From contig JBOHBN010000006.1 in the NCBI GenBank assembly GCA_050698355.1, positions 13,277 to 77,276 of the forward strand: a stretch of 64,000 nt of DNA, given 5' to 3'. The position numbers were made by a program, and so were the translations under genes. Source of the stretch: Streptosporangiales bacterium. GTDB taxonomy: Bacteria; Actinomycetota; Actinomycetes; Streptosporangiales; WHST01. The notes beneath the pieces are model-generated. The model saw nothing but the letters and a program-made list of their open reading frames with translations, searched no databases and had not been told where the DNA came from. Of this stretch, positions 54,173 through 62,722 are shown piece by piece. The stretch's first letter is position 1, and each line of letters begins with the position of its first letter.

Positions 54173-54934
54173 ATGGACGACGGCAACGGCCGGCCGGTCA
54201 CGATCGTTACGGGCGGCAGCCGCGGCATCGGCGCCGCGACCGCGCTGGCGTTGGCCCGTGCCGGCCACGATGTGGCGATCAGCTACCGCGAGGACGCGGA
54301 CGCCGCCGAGCGCGTCGTCGCATCGGTGACCGCAGAGGGCGCCCGGTGCGTAGCCATCCGCGCAGACGTTACGGGCGAGGACGACGTGGAACGGCTGTTC
54401 GCGGACACGACAAGCGAGCTGGGCATGCCGACCGGGCTGGTCAACAACGCCGGGCTCACCGCGTACATCGGTGACCTCGCCGACACGCCCGTCGACATCA
54501 TCGAGAAGGTGATCGACGTGAACTTCTACGGCGCGGTCCTCTGCGCTCGCCACGCCGCCCAGCTGATGCCGCCGCGGCGGGGCGGCCGGGGCGGAGCGAT
54601 CGTCAACGTCTCCTCGGCTGCTGCCACGCTCGGCTCGGCCCACGAGTACGTGCACTACGCCGCGGCCAAGGCGGCGGTCGAGACCCTCACCGTCGGGCTG
54701 GCCAAGGAGCTGGCCGAGGACGCGATCCGGGTCAACGCGGTGGCACCCGGGATCGTTCGCACCGACATCCACGCGGCGGCCGGGGCTCCAGAACGCGTCG
54801 AGCAGGCCGCGTCCCGCATCCCGCTCGGCCGGGCAGGAGAAACCCAGGAGGTCGCCCCCGCGATCGCGTGGCTGCTCGGCTCTGAGGCGTCCTACGTCAC
54901 CGGCGCGGTCCTGCGCGTCACCGGCGGTCTGTAG
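54173..54934 (+). CDS. SDR-family oxidoreductase
   Basis: TGGSRGIGAATA...NNAG...YAAAKAAV... Confidence 0.9.
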   Translation: MDDGNGRPVTIVTGGSRGIGAATALALARAGHDVAISYREDADAAERVVASVTAEGARCVAIRADVTGEDDVERLFADTTSELGMPTGLVNNAGLTAYIGDLADTPVDIIEKVIDVNFYGAVLCARHAAQLMPPRRGGRGGAIVNVSSAAATLGSAHEYVHYAAAKAAVETLTVGLAKELAEDAIRVNAVAPGIVRTDIHAAAGAPERVEQAASRIPLGRAGETQEVAPAIAWLLGSEASYVTGAVLRVTGGL

Positions 54935-54956
54935 CGGCCGGACCCGTCGGTGCCGT

Positions 54957-55775
54957 TCAGTTGAGCGCGAGTGCGGCGTCCGGCTCGAGTACGCGGAACG
55001 TGAAGCTCTCCTCAAAGTAGAGTTGCACCGCGTCGCTGTCGTGGTGGCTGTAGCCGACGGAGATGTCCTGGCCGACGTCGAGCAGGAAGTCGCCGCCCCT
55101 CTCGCTGACCACCACGGCGCCGTCCACGCCGGGAGCCCACAGGATGCTGCCGCCGACGACCTGCTTGAGATGGTCGAAGAGCAGGTGGCCGCCGTGCTCG
55201 GCGGTCTGGATGATCCTGGTGTACCCGGCCGGGCCGATGGCGAGCGCGTACGGCCCGACGATGCCGTTGCACCGCAGCTGGTCGACGGCGCGGGCCACCA
55301 CACCGGGGTACGCGTCGCAGTCGTCGCCGAGCGTGCCCGACCCGTACGGTGAGGCCTGCGCGATGCCGGTGATGCCCGCGGCCGCCCAGCCGTGGAACAC
55401 CGTACGGTTCTCGACCTCGGCGACCTTGCCGGCGGCGCGGGCGAGGTCGTCGAAGTCCGGGTCGCTCGCACCGCGCTGCAGCTCGTCGATCTCCTGCCTG
55501 CTCACTGTGAACGGCACCGTGTACTCGGCGAGCGGCAGCACGCGGCGCTGCTTGGCGGTCACCCCGTCCGTGCTGATGCCCGGCGGGCCGTCGAGCGCGG
55601 TGGTGCGCCCGAGCGACACCGACGACTGCTGCCAGCCGCTGGGGCCCTTCCAGTCGGCCAGCTTGCGGGCGGCGAGCAGCGGTGTGAGCCGTTCGCGTGC
55701 CTCGTCGTCGATCGCTTGCCACGCCACTGTCGGGATGGGCGCGAGGCCACGAAGAAGGTGGTCGCCGGCACTCAC
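54957..55775 (-). CDS. Family 1 encapsulin nanocompartment shell protein (linocin M18 / Cfp29 type)
   Basis: 272 aa, GTG start. Colinear with the M. tuberculosis Cfp29-type sequence from memory (LAPIPTVAWQAIDDEA..., VPFTVSRQEIDELQRGASDPDFDDL, GPYALAIGPAGYT, WAPGVDGAVVVSERGGDFLLDVGQDISVGYSHHDSDAVQLYFEESFTF). Confidence 0.9.
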   Translation of the reverse strand: MSAGDHLLRGLAPIPTVAWQAIDDEARERLTPLLAARKLADWKGPSGWQQSSVSLGRTTALDGPPGISTDGVTAKQRRVLPLAEYTVPFTVSRQEIDELQRGASDPDFDDLARAAGKVAEVENRTVFHGWAAAGITGIAQASPYGSGTLGDDCDAYPGVVARAVDQLRCNGIVGPYALAIGPAGYTRIIQTAEHGGHLLFDHLKQVVGGSILWAPGVDGAVVVSERGGDFLLDVGQDISVGYSHHDSDAVQLYFEESFTFRVLEPDAALALN

Positions 55776-55782
55776 TTGCGCT

Positions 55783-56361
55783 TCACCGCCTTTTCAGGCT
55801 GCCGATGCCGAGCGAGGTGTCCTCGCCTCCGCCGGCGGCCGGGTTGATCTCGGCTTCGACCTCCCGAACGTACTCCTGCGGGGGCTTGTCGGAGGTGTCG
55901 ACCCCGCGGGCGCCCTTGTGGGCCTCGAGGAACTCCGCGAAGTGCTTGCCGAGCGACTCCCGTAGGCCGATGGGCGCGTTCAGGCGGAAGTCCGCGAGCC
56001 CCTCGCGCTCCTCCTCGGCCATGTGGTCGTCGTTGGCCACCCGCGCCCGCCCGACGGCCTGCCACCACTCGTCGCTGCCGACCGGGTGCCGGTCCGCATC
56101 GTGCGCGCCGTCACGGATGTCGTTGTGGTCGTCGATGGCGTCGAGGGTTTCCTCCTCGGGGTCCTCGCCGCGCTTGAGCAGCTGCGGGTAGAAGATCTCC
56201 TCCTCGGCGACGGCGTGCAGGTCCAGATGCGCGGACAAGGGGTCCCACACCGTGCGCAACGCGTCGGCATCGGCGTTGCGCGCCTGCAGCTCGTCCAGCG
56301 CTGCGAACTGCTCGCGGAACCATTCGTGGTCGTCGAGGATCAGCTGGGTGATGTCGGCCAT
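55783..56361 (-). CDS. Hemerythrin-domain encapsulin cargo protein with C-terminal targeting peptide
   Basis: HHE-type motifs (ILDDHEWFREQF, HAVAEEEIFYPQL, DDHNDIRD, HMAEEEREGL). Flexible G-rich linker, then ...EDTSLGIGSLKRR at the C-terminus. Stops 7 nt before the encapsulin start. Confidence 0.85.
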   Translation of the reverse strand: MADITQLILDDHEWFREQFAALDELQARNADADALRTVWDPLSAHLDLHAVAEEEIFYPQLLKRGEDPEEETLDAIDDHNDIRDGAHDADRHPVGSDEWWQAVGRARVANDDHMAEEEREGLADFRLNAPIGLRESLGKHFAEFLEAHKGARGVDTSDKPPQEYVREVEAEINPAAGGGEDTSLGIGSLKRR

Positions 56362-56367
56362 AGACCC

Positions 56368-56760
56368 TCACGCTATGCCGTACGGGCTGGGACGGCCAGT
56401 TCGGCGGTCAGCGACTGGGGGCAGTGTGAGGATGTCGTCAGCATCGAGGTCGAGGTGGTCGAGCAGCAGCCCCGCGACGCGGCGTAGGGAGTACGGCGGG
56501 TGGTGCAGCGCGAGCCTGGCGCCGCTCGCTTCGTACACCGCATTCGCGGTACGTATCAGTGCCTCGGTGCCGGCCAGGTCGATGAACTCGAGCTCGGCCA
56601 GCTCGAGATGGATGAGCCCCTTGGTGTCGCAGTGCTGACCGGTCACCTTGTCGAGCACGCTGGTGAGCCCCTTACGGCTGGCGAGATCCACCTCGCCAGC
56701 GAGCCGCCAGCCCGGACGACTGTCGGTGAGCGTTTCTGCGGTGAACAGCTGCCCGGTCAC
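56368..56760 (-). CDS. STAS-domain protein (anti-sigma-factor-antagonist fold)
   Basis: WRLAGEVDLASRKGL...IHLELAELEFIDLAGTEALIRTAN, paralogous to the STAS tail of the 847-2034 gene. GTG start with AAGGAAG RBS. Ends 6 nt before the hemerythrin start. Confidence 0.75.
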   Translation of the reverse strand: MTGQLFTAETLTDSRPGWRLAGEVDLASRKGLTSVLDKVTGQHCDTKGLIHLELAELEFIDLAGTEALIRTANAVYEASGARLALHHPPYSLRRVAGLLLDHLDLDADDILTLPPVADRRTGRPSPYGIA

Positions 56761-56956
56761 ATCGCTTCCTTGCCGTTGTCGCTCGGTGACCCGCGCCGAT
56801 CGCACGCGGCAGTGCGCAGTCGCGTTGGGCAGGCCGTCTCGGCTGGACGGCTCAACCGGAGACTCAACGATAGTGAGGCCGGTCAGCACGGGAAAGCCAG
56901 GAAGCGAAGCTCGGTCCCCCGAAACCAGACCAGCAAACGAAACACCGAGTTGGTGC

Positions 56957-57805
56957 TCAGCCGGCACCAGGCAGGCACACCAGTACTCGCCCGCCCTCCA
57001 CGCGGACGTCGAAGGCGGGTTGTGGGGCGGTCGCCGGTCCGCGCACCACCGCGCCGTCGTCCAGCCGGAAGCGGCTGCCGTGCCAGGGGCAGGTGACGCA
57101 CCCGTCGCTGAACTCCCCCTGGTGCAGGGGTCCGGAGAAATGGCTGCAGCGGTCGGAGAGCACCCACACCTGCCCGTCCTGGCGCAGGGCGAGTACGGCT
57201 GCGGTGTCCAGCAGCAGGCGGCGGGGCTGCCCCTCGGGCAGGTCGTCGATGCCGCACAGCTCCTGCCAGCCCGGTGCCACCAGGTGCGGGAACTCCTCCG
57301 CGTGGTTGGCCCCCGTCGCCTGCCGTTGGGACAGGTGGCCGCCGAGGAAACCTCCGAGAGTGGCGACGGCGAGTCCTGCGTAACCAAGGGCCTTGCCTCC
57401 CCGGTTGCGTCGGCGGGCGACGAGCGCGGCGGAGTACAGCGATACCGCGACGACGTTCGCCGCGGCGTGTACGACCCCGACGCGCTGCTGCTGCTCGTGG
57501 CTCTCGCTGAGGTCTGCTGCACCCGCGAGCACGGCCGGTAGCGTCGCCGCGACACCGACCCCGAGCAGCACCTCGGTCTCGCGGTGCGGTCCCGGAAGCA
57601 GGTCGATGATCGCCGTCCCGATGAACGCGCCGAGTGGCAGCTGAACCGCGGGTGGGTGTACCGGGTGTCCGAGCCACACTCCGTGCAGGGCGTCGCGTAC
57701 CGCGCCGGGTGGGAGAACGCGCTGTGTGGCCTTACGGACCGGATCGGCAACACGGTCGAGCACCGTCGCGTGTTCGAGGCGTGCTACCAGGGCACTGAGA
57801 CTCAC
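56957..57805 (-). CDS. Membrane DUF2231-like domain fused to a C-terminal Rieske [2Fe-2S] domain
   Basis: GTG start with AGGAGG 5 nt upstream. 4 TM helices (HGVWLGHPVHP... motif). Rieske CSHFSGPL...CPWHGSRF. Confidence 0.8.
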   Translation of the reverse strand: MSLSALVARLEHATVLDRVADPVRKATQRVLPPGAVRDALHGVWLGHPVHPPAVQLPLGAFIGTAIIDLLPGPHRETEVLLGVGVAATLPAVLAGAADLSESHEQQQRVGVVHAAANVVAVSLYSAALVARRRNRGGKALGYAGLAVATLGGFLGGHLSQRQATGANHAEEFPHLVAPGWQELCGIDDLPEGQPRRLLLDTAAVLALRQDGQVWVLSDRCSHFSGPLHQGEFSDGCVTCPWHGSRFRLDDGAVVRGPATAPQPAFDVRVEGGRVLVCLPGAG

Positions 57806-57925
57806 ATCGGCCTCCTGGTCTCGCCGGTCTCGTCGCGATAGACGTTCCCGTTTCCCCGCCGACGATGCATCGGGGGGCCAGCCGCGACCACGGGTGACCG
57901 GTCGTGAGGTGGGTAGGTAGCTGAC

Positions 57926-58996
57926 ATGGTCACCGATGTGGCGCAGCACGGCCCGGATCGGCGTACGCGCGACGGCACGCTGCCGCAGCGCCTGCTCGGG
58001 TGGGGCGCGGAACGCGACCTCAGCGGGCTGGACGATCCGGAGCTGTGCAAGATCGCGAGTCGTGACCTGTCGGCCGAGGGCCTGCTCGGACTCCCGTACC
58101 CGGCGGGCGGGAACACGCCGGCGCGGCTCGCGGCGTTGCGTACGCTGGGCCGCCTCGACCTGACGCTCGGCCGGTTGGCGGAGGCGCACACCGACGCCGC
58201 GGCGATCCTGGCCGAGCTCGGTGGTGACCCGCCGGCTCGCGGCACTCTGTGGGGAGTGTGGGCTGCCGACCCGCCGCACCAGCGGCTGGGCGCCCGCCAC
58301 GACGCGTCGGGCTGGCGGCTCGACGGGGTGAAGCCGTGGTGCAGCGGCGCCGCGGCGTGCACACACGGCGTGGTGTCGGCGCACGCCGACGACGGCTACC
58401 GGTTGTTCGTCGTCGACACGGCCGACCCGAGCGTGCGGCCGGTCGAGGGCACCTGGCCGGCGTACGCGATGCCCGGCAGTGACAGCCGCAGCCTGCGTTT
58501 CGACGGCGCACCCGCCGCTGTTCTGGGCGGTCCCGGTGCCTACCTCGACCGGCCGGGCTTCTGGTACGGCGCGATCGGCGTCGCCGCCGTGTGGTTGGGC
58601 GGTGCCGAGGGCGTGGCGGACGCCCTGCACGGCGCCCACGCCCGCCGGCCGCTGCACGAGCACGCCCTCGCTCACGCGGGAGCAGTTGATGCCGCGCTCC
58701 ATGCCGCGCGGGTCGTCGTCGAACGCGCCGGTGCCGAGATCGACGCCGACCCGAAGGATGCGGACGGGCAAGCATGCGTGCGCGCTCTGCGTACCCGTGC
58801 GGTCGTCGAGTCCGCCGCGACCGACACCGTGGAACGGGTCGGCCGGGCGTTGGGTGCCGCCCCGCTCGCCCTCGACCGCGCCCACGGCCGCCGGGTCGCC
58901 GACCTCGCCCTGTACCTGCGGCAGAGCCATGCCGAGCGAGACCTCGCCGACCTGGGGGAGCGTGTCCTGCCCACGGCGGAGGAGAGCGTCCAGTGA
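57926..58996 (+). CDS. Acyl-CoA dehydrogenase-fold protein (short form)
   Basis: GWRLDGVKPWCSGAAACTH..., ACAD middle and C-terminal domain layout. Function unknown. Confidence 0.65.
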   Translation: MVTDVAQHGPDRRTRDGTLPQRLLGWGAERDLSGLDDPELCKIASRDLSAEGLLGLPYPAGGNTPARLAALRTLGRLDLTLGRLAEAHTDAAAILAELGGDPPARGTLWGVWAADPPHQRLGARHDASGWRLDGVKPWCSGAAACTHGVVSAHADDGYRLFVVDTADPSVRPVEGTWPAYAMPGSDSRSLRFDGAPAAVLGGPGAYLDRPGFWYGAIGVAAVWLGGAEGVADALHGAHARRPLHEHALAHAGAVDAALHAARVVVERAGAEIDADPKDADGQACVRALRTRAVVESAATDTVERVGRALGAAPLALDRAHGRRVADLALYLRQSHAERDLADLGERVLPTAEESVQ

Positions 58997-59781
58997 GCCG
59001 GGTGATCGCGGGTTCGGGCACACCCGAGCAGGAGTGGCGGCCCTGGCTGGCGAGCCGTCGATGGCCCGTGCTCGACGTGGACGCGCTGGCGCGAGCAGGT
59101 CGGGTCGTGGTGCTGGCCGCGCATCCAGACGACGAGGTCCTCGGCGTCGGCGGGCTGTTGCGGATACTCGCCGACCGTGGCGTACCGCTCGCCGTGGTCT
59201 GGGCCACGGACGGCGAGGCGTCGCATCCCGACTCGACGGCGATCACGGCGGACGCGCTGCGCGAGCTACGGCGCGGCGAGGCGGTGCGAGCGCTGACGGC
59301 ACTCGGCGTGCAGGTACGCGAATCCACGCGCCTGTGCCTCCCCGATTCCGGTGTGGCCGCGTGTACGGCTGATCTGGTCGACGGCATCACTCGCGCATCC
59401 GGGCTCGACGAGCCAGGTACGGTGCTGATCGCTCCGTGGCGGTACGACGGGCATCCCGACCACGAGGCCTGCGGCCATGCCGCAAGCGACCTCGCCGCGG
59501 CGGCGGGCGCGGCCCTGATCGAATATCCCATCTGGGGTTGGCACTGGGCGGCGCCCGGCGATGGGCGGGTGCCGTGGCGGAGTGCCCGGCGAGTGCTGTT
59601 GCCCGCCACGGTCGCCGCGGCGAAGGAACATGCGATCGCGGAGTTCCGGACCCAGACGGTTCCGCTCGGTGACCAGCCGGCGGACGCGCCCGTCCTGCCA
59701 TCGGACGTCGTGACTCGGTTCACCCGGGGGGAGGAGGTCGTGTTCACGTGCGAGCAGAAGAGCGGGAACGCGAACCGGTGA
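58993..59781 (+). CDS. PIG-L-family deacetylase
   Basis: GTGA overlap with the upstream stop. VVVLAAHPDDEVLGVGG...DGHPDHEA zinc-site motifs. Confidence 0.85.
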   Translation: MSRVIAGSGTPEQEWRPWLASRRWPVLDVDALARAGRVVVLAAHPDDEVLGVGGLLRILADRGVPLAVVWATDGEASHPDSTAITADALRELRRGEAVRALTALGVQVRESTRLCLPDSGVAACTADLVDGITRASGLDEPGTVLIAPWRYDGHPDHEACGHAASDLAAAAGAALIEYPIWGWHWAAPGDGRVPWRSARRVLLPATVAAAKEHAIAEFRTQTVPLGDQPADAPVLPSDVVTRFTRGEEVVFTCEQKSGNANR

Positions 59782-60386
59782 GCGTGCTGGATGCGTACTT
59801 CGACCATCTCTACGCCGACTCGGACGACCCGTGGGGCATCGAGACGCGGTGGTACGAGCAGCGCAAGCGCGCGCTCACCCTGGCGTCCCTTCCCGAGGCG
59901 CGTTTCCGCAGCGCGTTCGAGCCAGGGTGCTCGACCGGGGTGTTGACCCGTGCGCTGGCGGAACGTTGCGACCGGCTGCTTGCTACCGACATCGCCGGCC
60001 GCCCGCTCCATCTCGCCCGCAAGCGACTGTCGGGCTGTTCGCAGGTGCGCGTCGAGCGGATGGCCGTGCCGTACGAGTGGCCGGAGGGCGAGCGCTTCGA
60101 CCTGATCGTGCTCAGCGAACTCGGCTACTACCTCGACCGCGACGCGGTCGTACGACTGATGAAGCTGACCGCGGAGAGCCTCGATCCCGGCGGCACTGTC
60201 GTGGCTTGCCACTGGCGGCATCCGGTAGAGGGCTACCCGCTACGGGGTGACGAGGTGCACGACGTTCTGGCCGCCGCCCGTGGACTCGCCCGGCTCGCTC
60301 GCCACGAGGAGGACGACTTCCTGCTCGACGTGATGACGCCGGCACCGGCTACATCGGTGGCCCGGCGGACGGGGGTGGTCGGTTGA
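59778..60386 (+). CDS. Class I SAM methyltransferase (NodS-like)
   Basis: GTGA overlap. DPWGIETRWYEQRKRAL...AFEPGCSTGVLTRALAERC. The ORF is also open from 59748. Confidence 0.8.
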   Translation: MSVLDAYFDHLYADSDDPWGIETRWYEQRKRALTLASLPEARFRSAFEPGCSTGVLTRALAERCDRLLATDIAGRPLHLARKRLSGCSQVRVERMAVPYEWPEGERFDLIVLSELGYYLDRDAVVRLMKLTAESLDPGGTVVACHWRHPVEGYPLRGDEVHDVLAAARGLARLARHEEDDFLLDVMTPAPATSVARRTGVVG

Positions 60387-60979
60387 CATCCGCGGTCGGC
60401 GTCGTGGTGCCTGCCCACGATGAGGAAGAGCTGCTGCCCAGGTGTCTCGCCGCATTGCGGAAGGCGACCGCCAACCTCGCCGCACGCCCCGCACCGCCGC
60501 GCGTGCACGTGGTCGTCGTCCTGGCCCGGGCGGTCGGGATGCGACACCTGCTCGACCTGGAGGCGGAGCTGGTGCCGGAGCGGCTGTGGCTGGCGACGAC
60601 CGATGCCGACTCGGCGGTCCCGCCGCACTGGCTGACCCGGCAGGTGGACCTGGCCGCGTGCGGTGCCGACGCGGTCGTCGGAACCGTGGACGTCCATCCC
60701 GAGGATGGGGCCGACCGGCATCTGGTACGGCGGTGGGCGTCGCGCTACATGGTCGGCAACCCGCATCCCCACGCGCACGGTGCCAACCTGGGCGTCACCG
60801 CGGCCAGGTACCTCGCGGTCGGCGGTTTCCCACCGCTGCCGAGCGGGGAGGACGTCGCCTTCGTCACCGCGCTGGGGCAACGGGGAGTCGCGCGCGAGCG
60901 AGACCTGGCGGTCAGGACGAGCCCGCGCCGCCACAGCCGCGCCCCGTCCGGGTTCGCCGGCACCCTCGCCGCGATCTGA
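60383..60979 (+). CDS. GT2-like glycosyltransferase (short; possible internal deletion)
   Basis: TTGA overlap. VVVPAHDEEELLPRCL...WLATTDADSAVPPHWL...HAHGANLGV...GGFPPLPSGEDVAFV. Confidence 0.7.
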   Translation: MTSAVGVVVPAHDEEELLPRCLAALRKATANLAARPAPPRVHVVVVLARAVGMRHLLDLEAELVPERLWLATTDADSAVPPHWLTRQVDLAACGADAVVGTVDVHPEDGADRHLVRRWASRYMVGNPHPHAHGANLGVTAARYLAVGGFPPLPSGEDVAFVTALGQRGVARERDLAVRTSPRRHSRAPSGFAGTLAAI

Positions 60980-61076
60980 CCGCATCCGGTTACCGTGATC
61001 ATCGGCGTATCGGGCACGGTTCGGCGCGAGCCGTGGCCGGAATGACGATGATCGCCGCGGAGGGGCGACCGGTGGC

Positions 61077-62591
61077 TCAGTCCAGCGCCTGGTTCCGCGC
61101 GCCCTCGAAGTCGCTGAGCGAGGTGTCGTAGTCCTTGGCGCCGACGGGGTACATCGTCGCCATCCAGTGGTGGAAGTTGTCGCCCCGCGCTCGCAGGTCG
61201 GTGTAGAGGCGGTGCAGCATGCCGTCGCGCAGGCTCCGGTACGCGGGGTCCGGGTAGACGTTGGTGAGCTCGTCGGGGTCGGTGGTGAGGTCGTACAGCT
61301 CGTTGACGCTCTCGGGGTTGACGACGAGCTTCGCTGCCTCTGTGCGCAGCATCCGTTGCGGGTACGGGAAGTGGTGCCCGTGGAACTCCGCGACTATCGC
61401 GTCGCGCCAGTAACCGACGTCCTCGCCGCGGGTGAGCGGCAGCACGCTGCGGCCGTCCGCGTCGGGGTCGGGTGGCAGGCCGGCGAGATCGAGGATCGTC
61501 GCGGTGTAGTCGACCAGGCTGACGAAGCGCTGTTCGCGGTGCCCGCGCAGACCGTCGGGTGTGCGCAGCAGGCCGGGGATGCGGTAGATGTCGTCGTACA
61601 TCGCCGGGCCCTTGTCGTGGAGCCGGTGCGCGCCGGTGAACTCCCCGTGGTCGGCGGTGAACGCCACGCCGGTCGTGTCCCACAGGTCGAGCTCGCGCAG
61701 CGCGCGCAGCAGCCGGGCGACCTGCTCGTCGATCAGCGTGACGTAGCCCCAGTACGCCGCGATCAACCACCGCCACGTCTCGGCGGGCAGGGTGTCGTAG
61801 GTCCAGTGCTCGCAGTACCGCTGCTGGACCGGCGGCTTGCCGGCGAACGTCTCGCTGACCGACGCGGGCAGCGTGACGTCGTCGGGGGCGTACATGTGCA
61901 GGTATTCGGCGGGCAGCAGGTAGGGCAGGTGTGGGCCGAAGTAGTGCATGGCCAGGAAGAACGGCCGGTCGGTCGTGTGCCGGTCCCGTGCGTACGCGGT
62001 GAGCGAGGCGATGGCCTGGTCGGTCAGGAACTGCTCGAAGGTCGCATCGGCCGGCTGGACCAGCCGCCCGGCGAGCAGGTTGCCCGGCTCGCCGTTGGGA
62101 AAGGTGCCGCGGACCTCGTCGCGGACCTCTGGGACGGAAAGGCCGCGGTCGGCGAGCCACTCGACGTACGCGGGGTGGTGGATCGGGTTGTGCCAGCCCG
62201 GGTAGTGGGTCGCGTCGAAGCCGAACTCCGCCGGCCCGCGCTGCCGCCCGACGTGCCACTTGCCGACGTGGCCCACGTTGTAGCCGGCCCGGCGCAACCG
62301 GCTGGAGAACGGCGTGAACGTGTCCGGCAGCTCTTCCTGGTAGCCGACGTTGCGCTCGTAGTTGGCCAGCAGCTGGTGCCGGAACGGCATTACGCCGGTG
62401 AGCAGGCTCGCCCGCGCGGGCGTGCAGATCGCTGACGGGGTGAAACAGTTGTCGAAGACCGTGCCGTCGGCCGCGAGGCCGTCGAGTGCGGGTGTTCGTA
62501 CGTGCGGGTTTCCGTAGCATCCGAGGGTGTCGACGCGGTGCTGGTCGGTCATCACGAACAGGATGTTCGTGGGGTCCGGCATGCGGCGCAC
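61077..62591 (-). CDS. Sulfatase (formylglycine-dependent arylsulfatase family), no signal peptide evident
   Basis: NILFVMTDQHR...SAICTPARASLLTG (CxPxR FGly motif)...GKWH. Confidence 0.9.
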   Translation of the reverse strand: MRRMPDPTNILFVMTDQHRVDTLGCYGNPHVRTPALDGLAADGTVFDNCFTPSAICTPARASLLTGVMPFRHQLLANYERNVGYQEELPDTFTPFSSRLRRAGYNVGHVGKWHVGRQRGPAEFGFDATHYPGWHNPIHHPAYVEWLADRGLSVPEVRDEVRGTFPNGEPGNLLAGRLVQPADATFEQFLTDQAIASLTAYARDRHTTDRPFFLAMHYFGPHLPYLLPAEYLHMYAPDDVTLPASVSETFAGKPPVQQRYCEHWTYDTLPAETWRWLIAAYWGYVTLIDEQVARLLRALRELDLWDTTGVAFTADHGEFTGAHRLHDKGPAMYDDIYRIPGLLRTPDGLRGHREQRFVSLVDYTATILDLAGLPPDPDADGRSVLPLTRGEDVGYWRDAIVAEFHGHHFPYPQRMLRTEAAKLVVNPESVNELYDLTTDPDELTNVYPDPAYRSLRDGMLHRLYTDLRARGDNFHHWMATMYPVGAKDYDTSLSDFEGARNQALD

Positions 62592-62614
62592 CTCCGGTCG
62601 GTCCGTGCCAACCT

Positions 62615-62705
62615 ACCAAGGGGATCATTCGTTCTCCGACAGTCGAGGCCCCCCCACCTGCAGCGATAGCGTCTCGGCTGTTCAGCTAGGAATGATCCCC
62701 TTGGT
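62615..62705. repeat. 91-bp element bounded by 16-bp perfect inverted repeats
   Basis: ACCAAGGGGATCATTC (62615-62630) ... GAATGATCCCCTTGGT (62690-62705). Lies between the ureC stop and the sulfatase start. Confidence 0.6.
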
Positions 62706-62722
62706 TCCGGCTACCGCGGTTC

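Noticed and set aside
54957-55775. Encapsulin as a prophage HK97-type capsid gene
   Set aside because: No terminase, portal, protease, tail or integrase genes nearby. The upstream gene carries a canonical encapsulin cargo-targeting peptide.
56368-57753. 461-aa ORF upstream of the hemerythrin gene
   Set aside because: Only the last 130 aa form a STAS domain with its own RBS and GTG. The remainder overlaps the Rieske gene in another frame and is S/R/P-rich.
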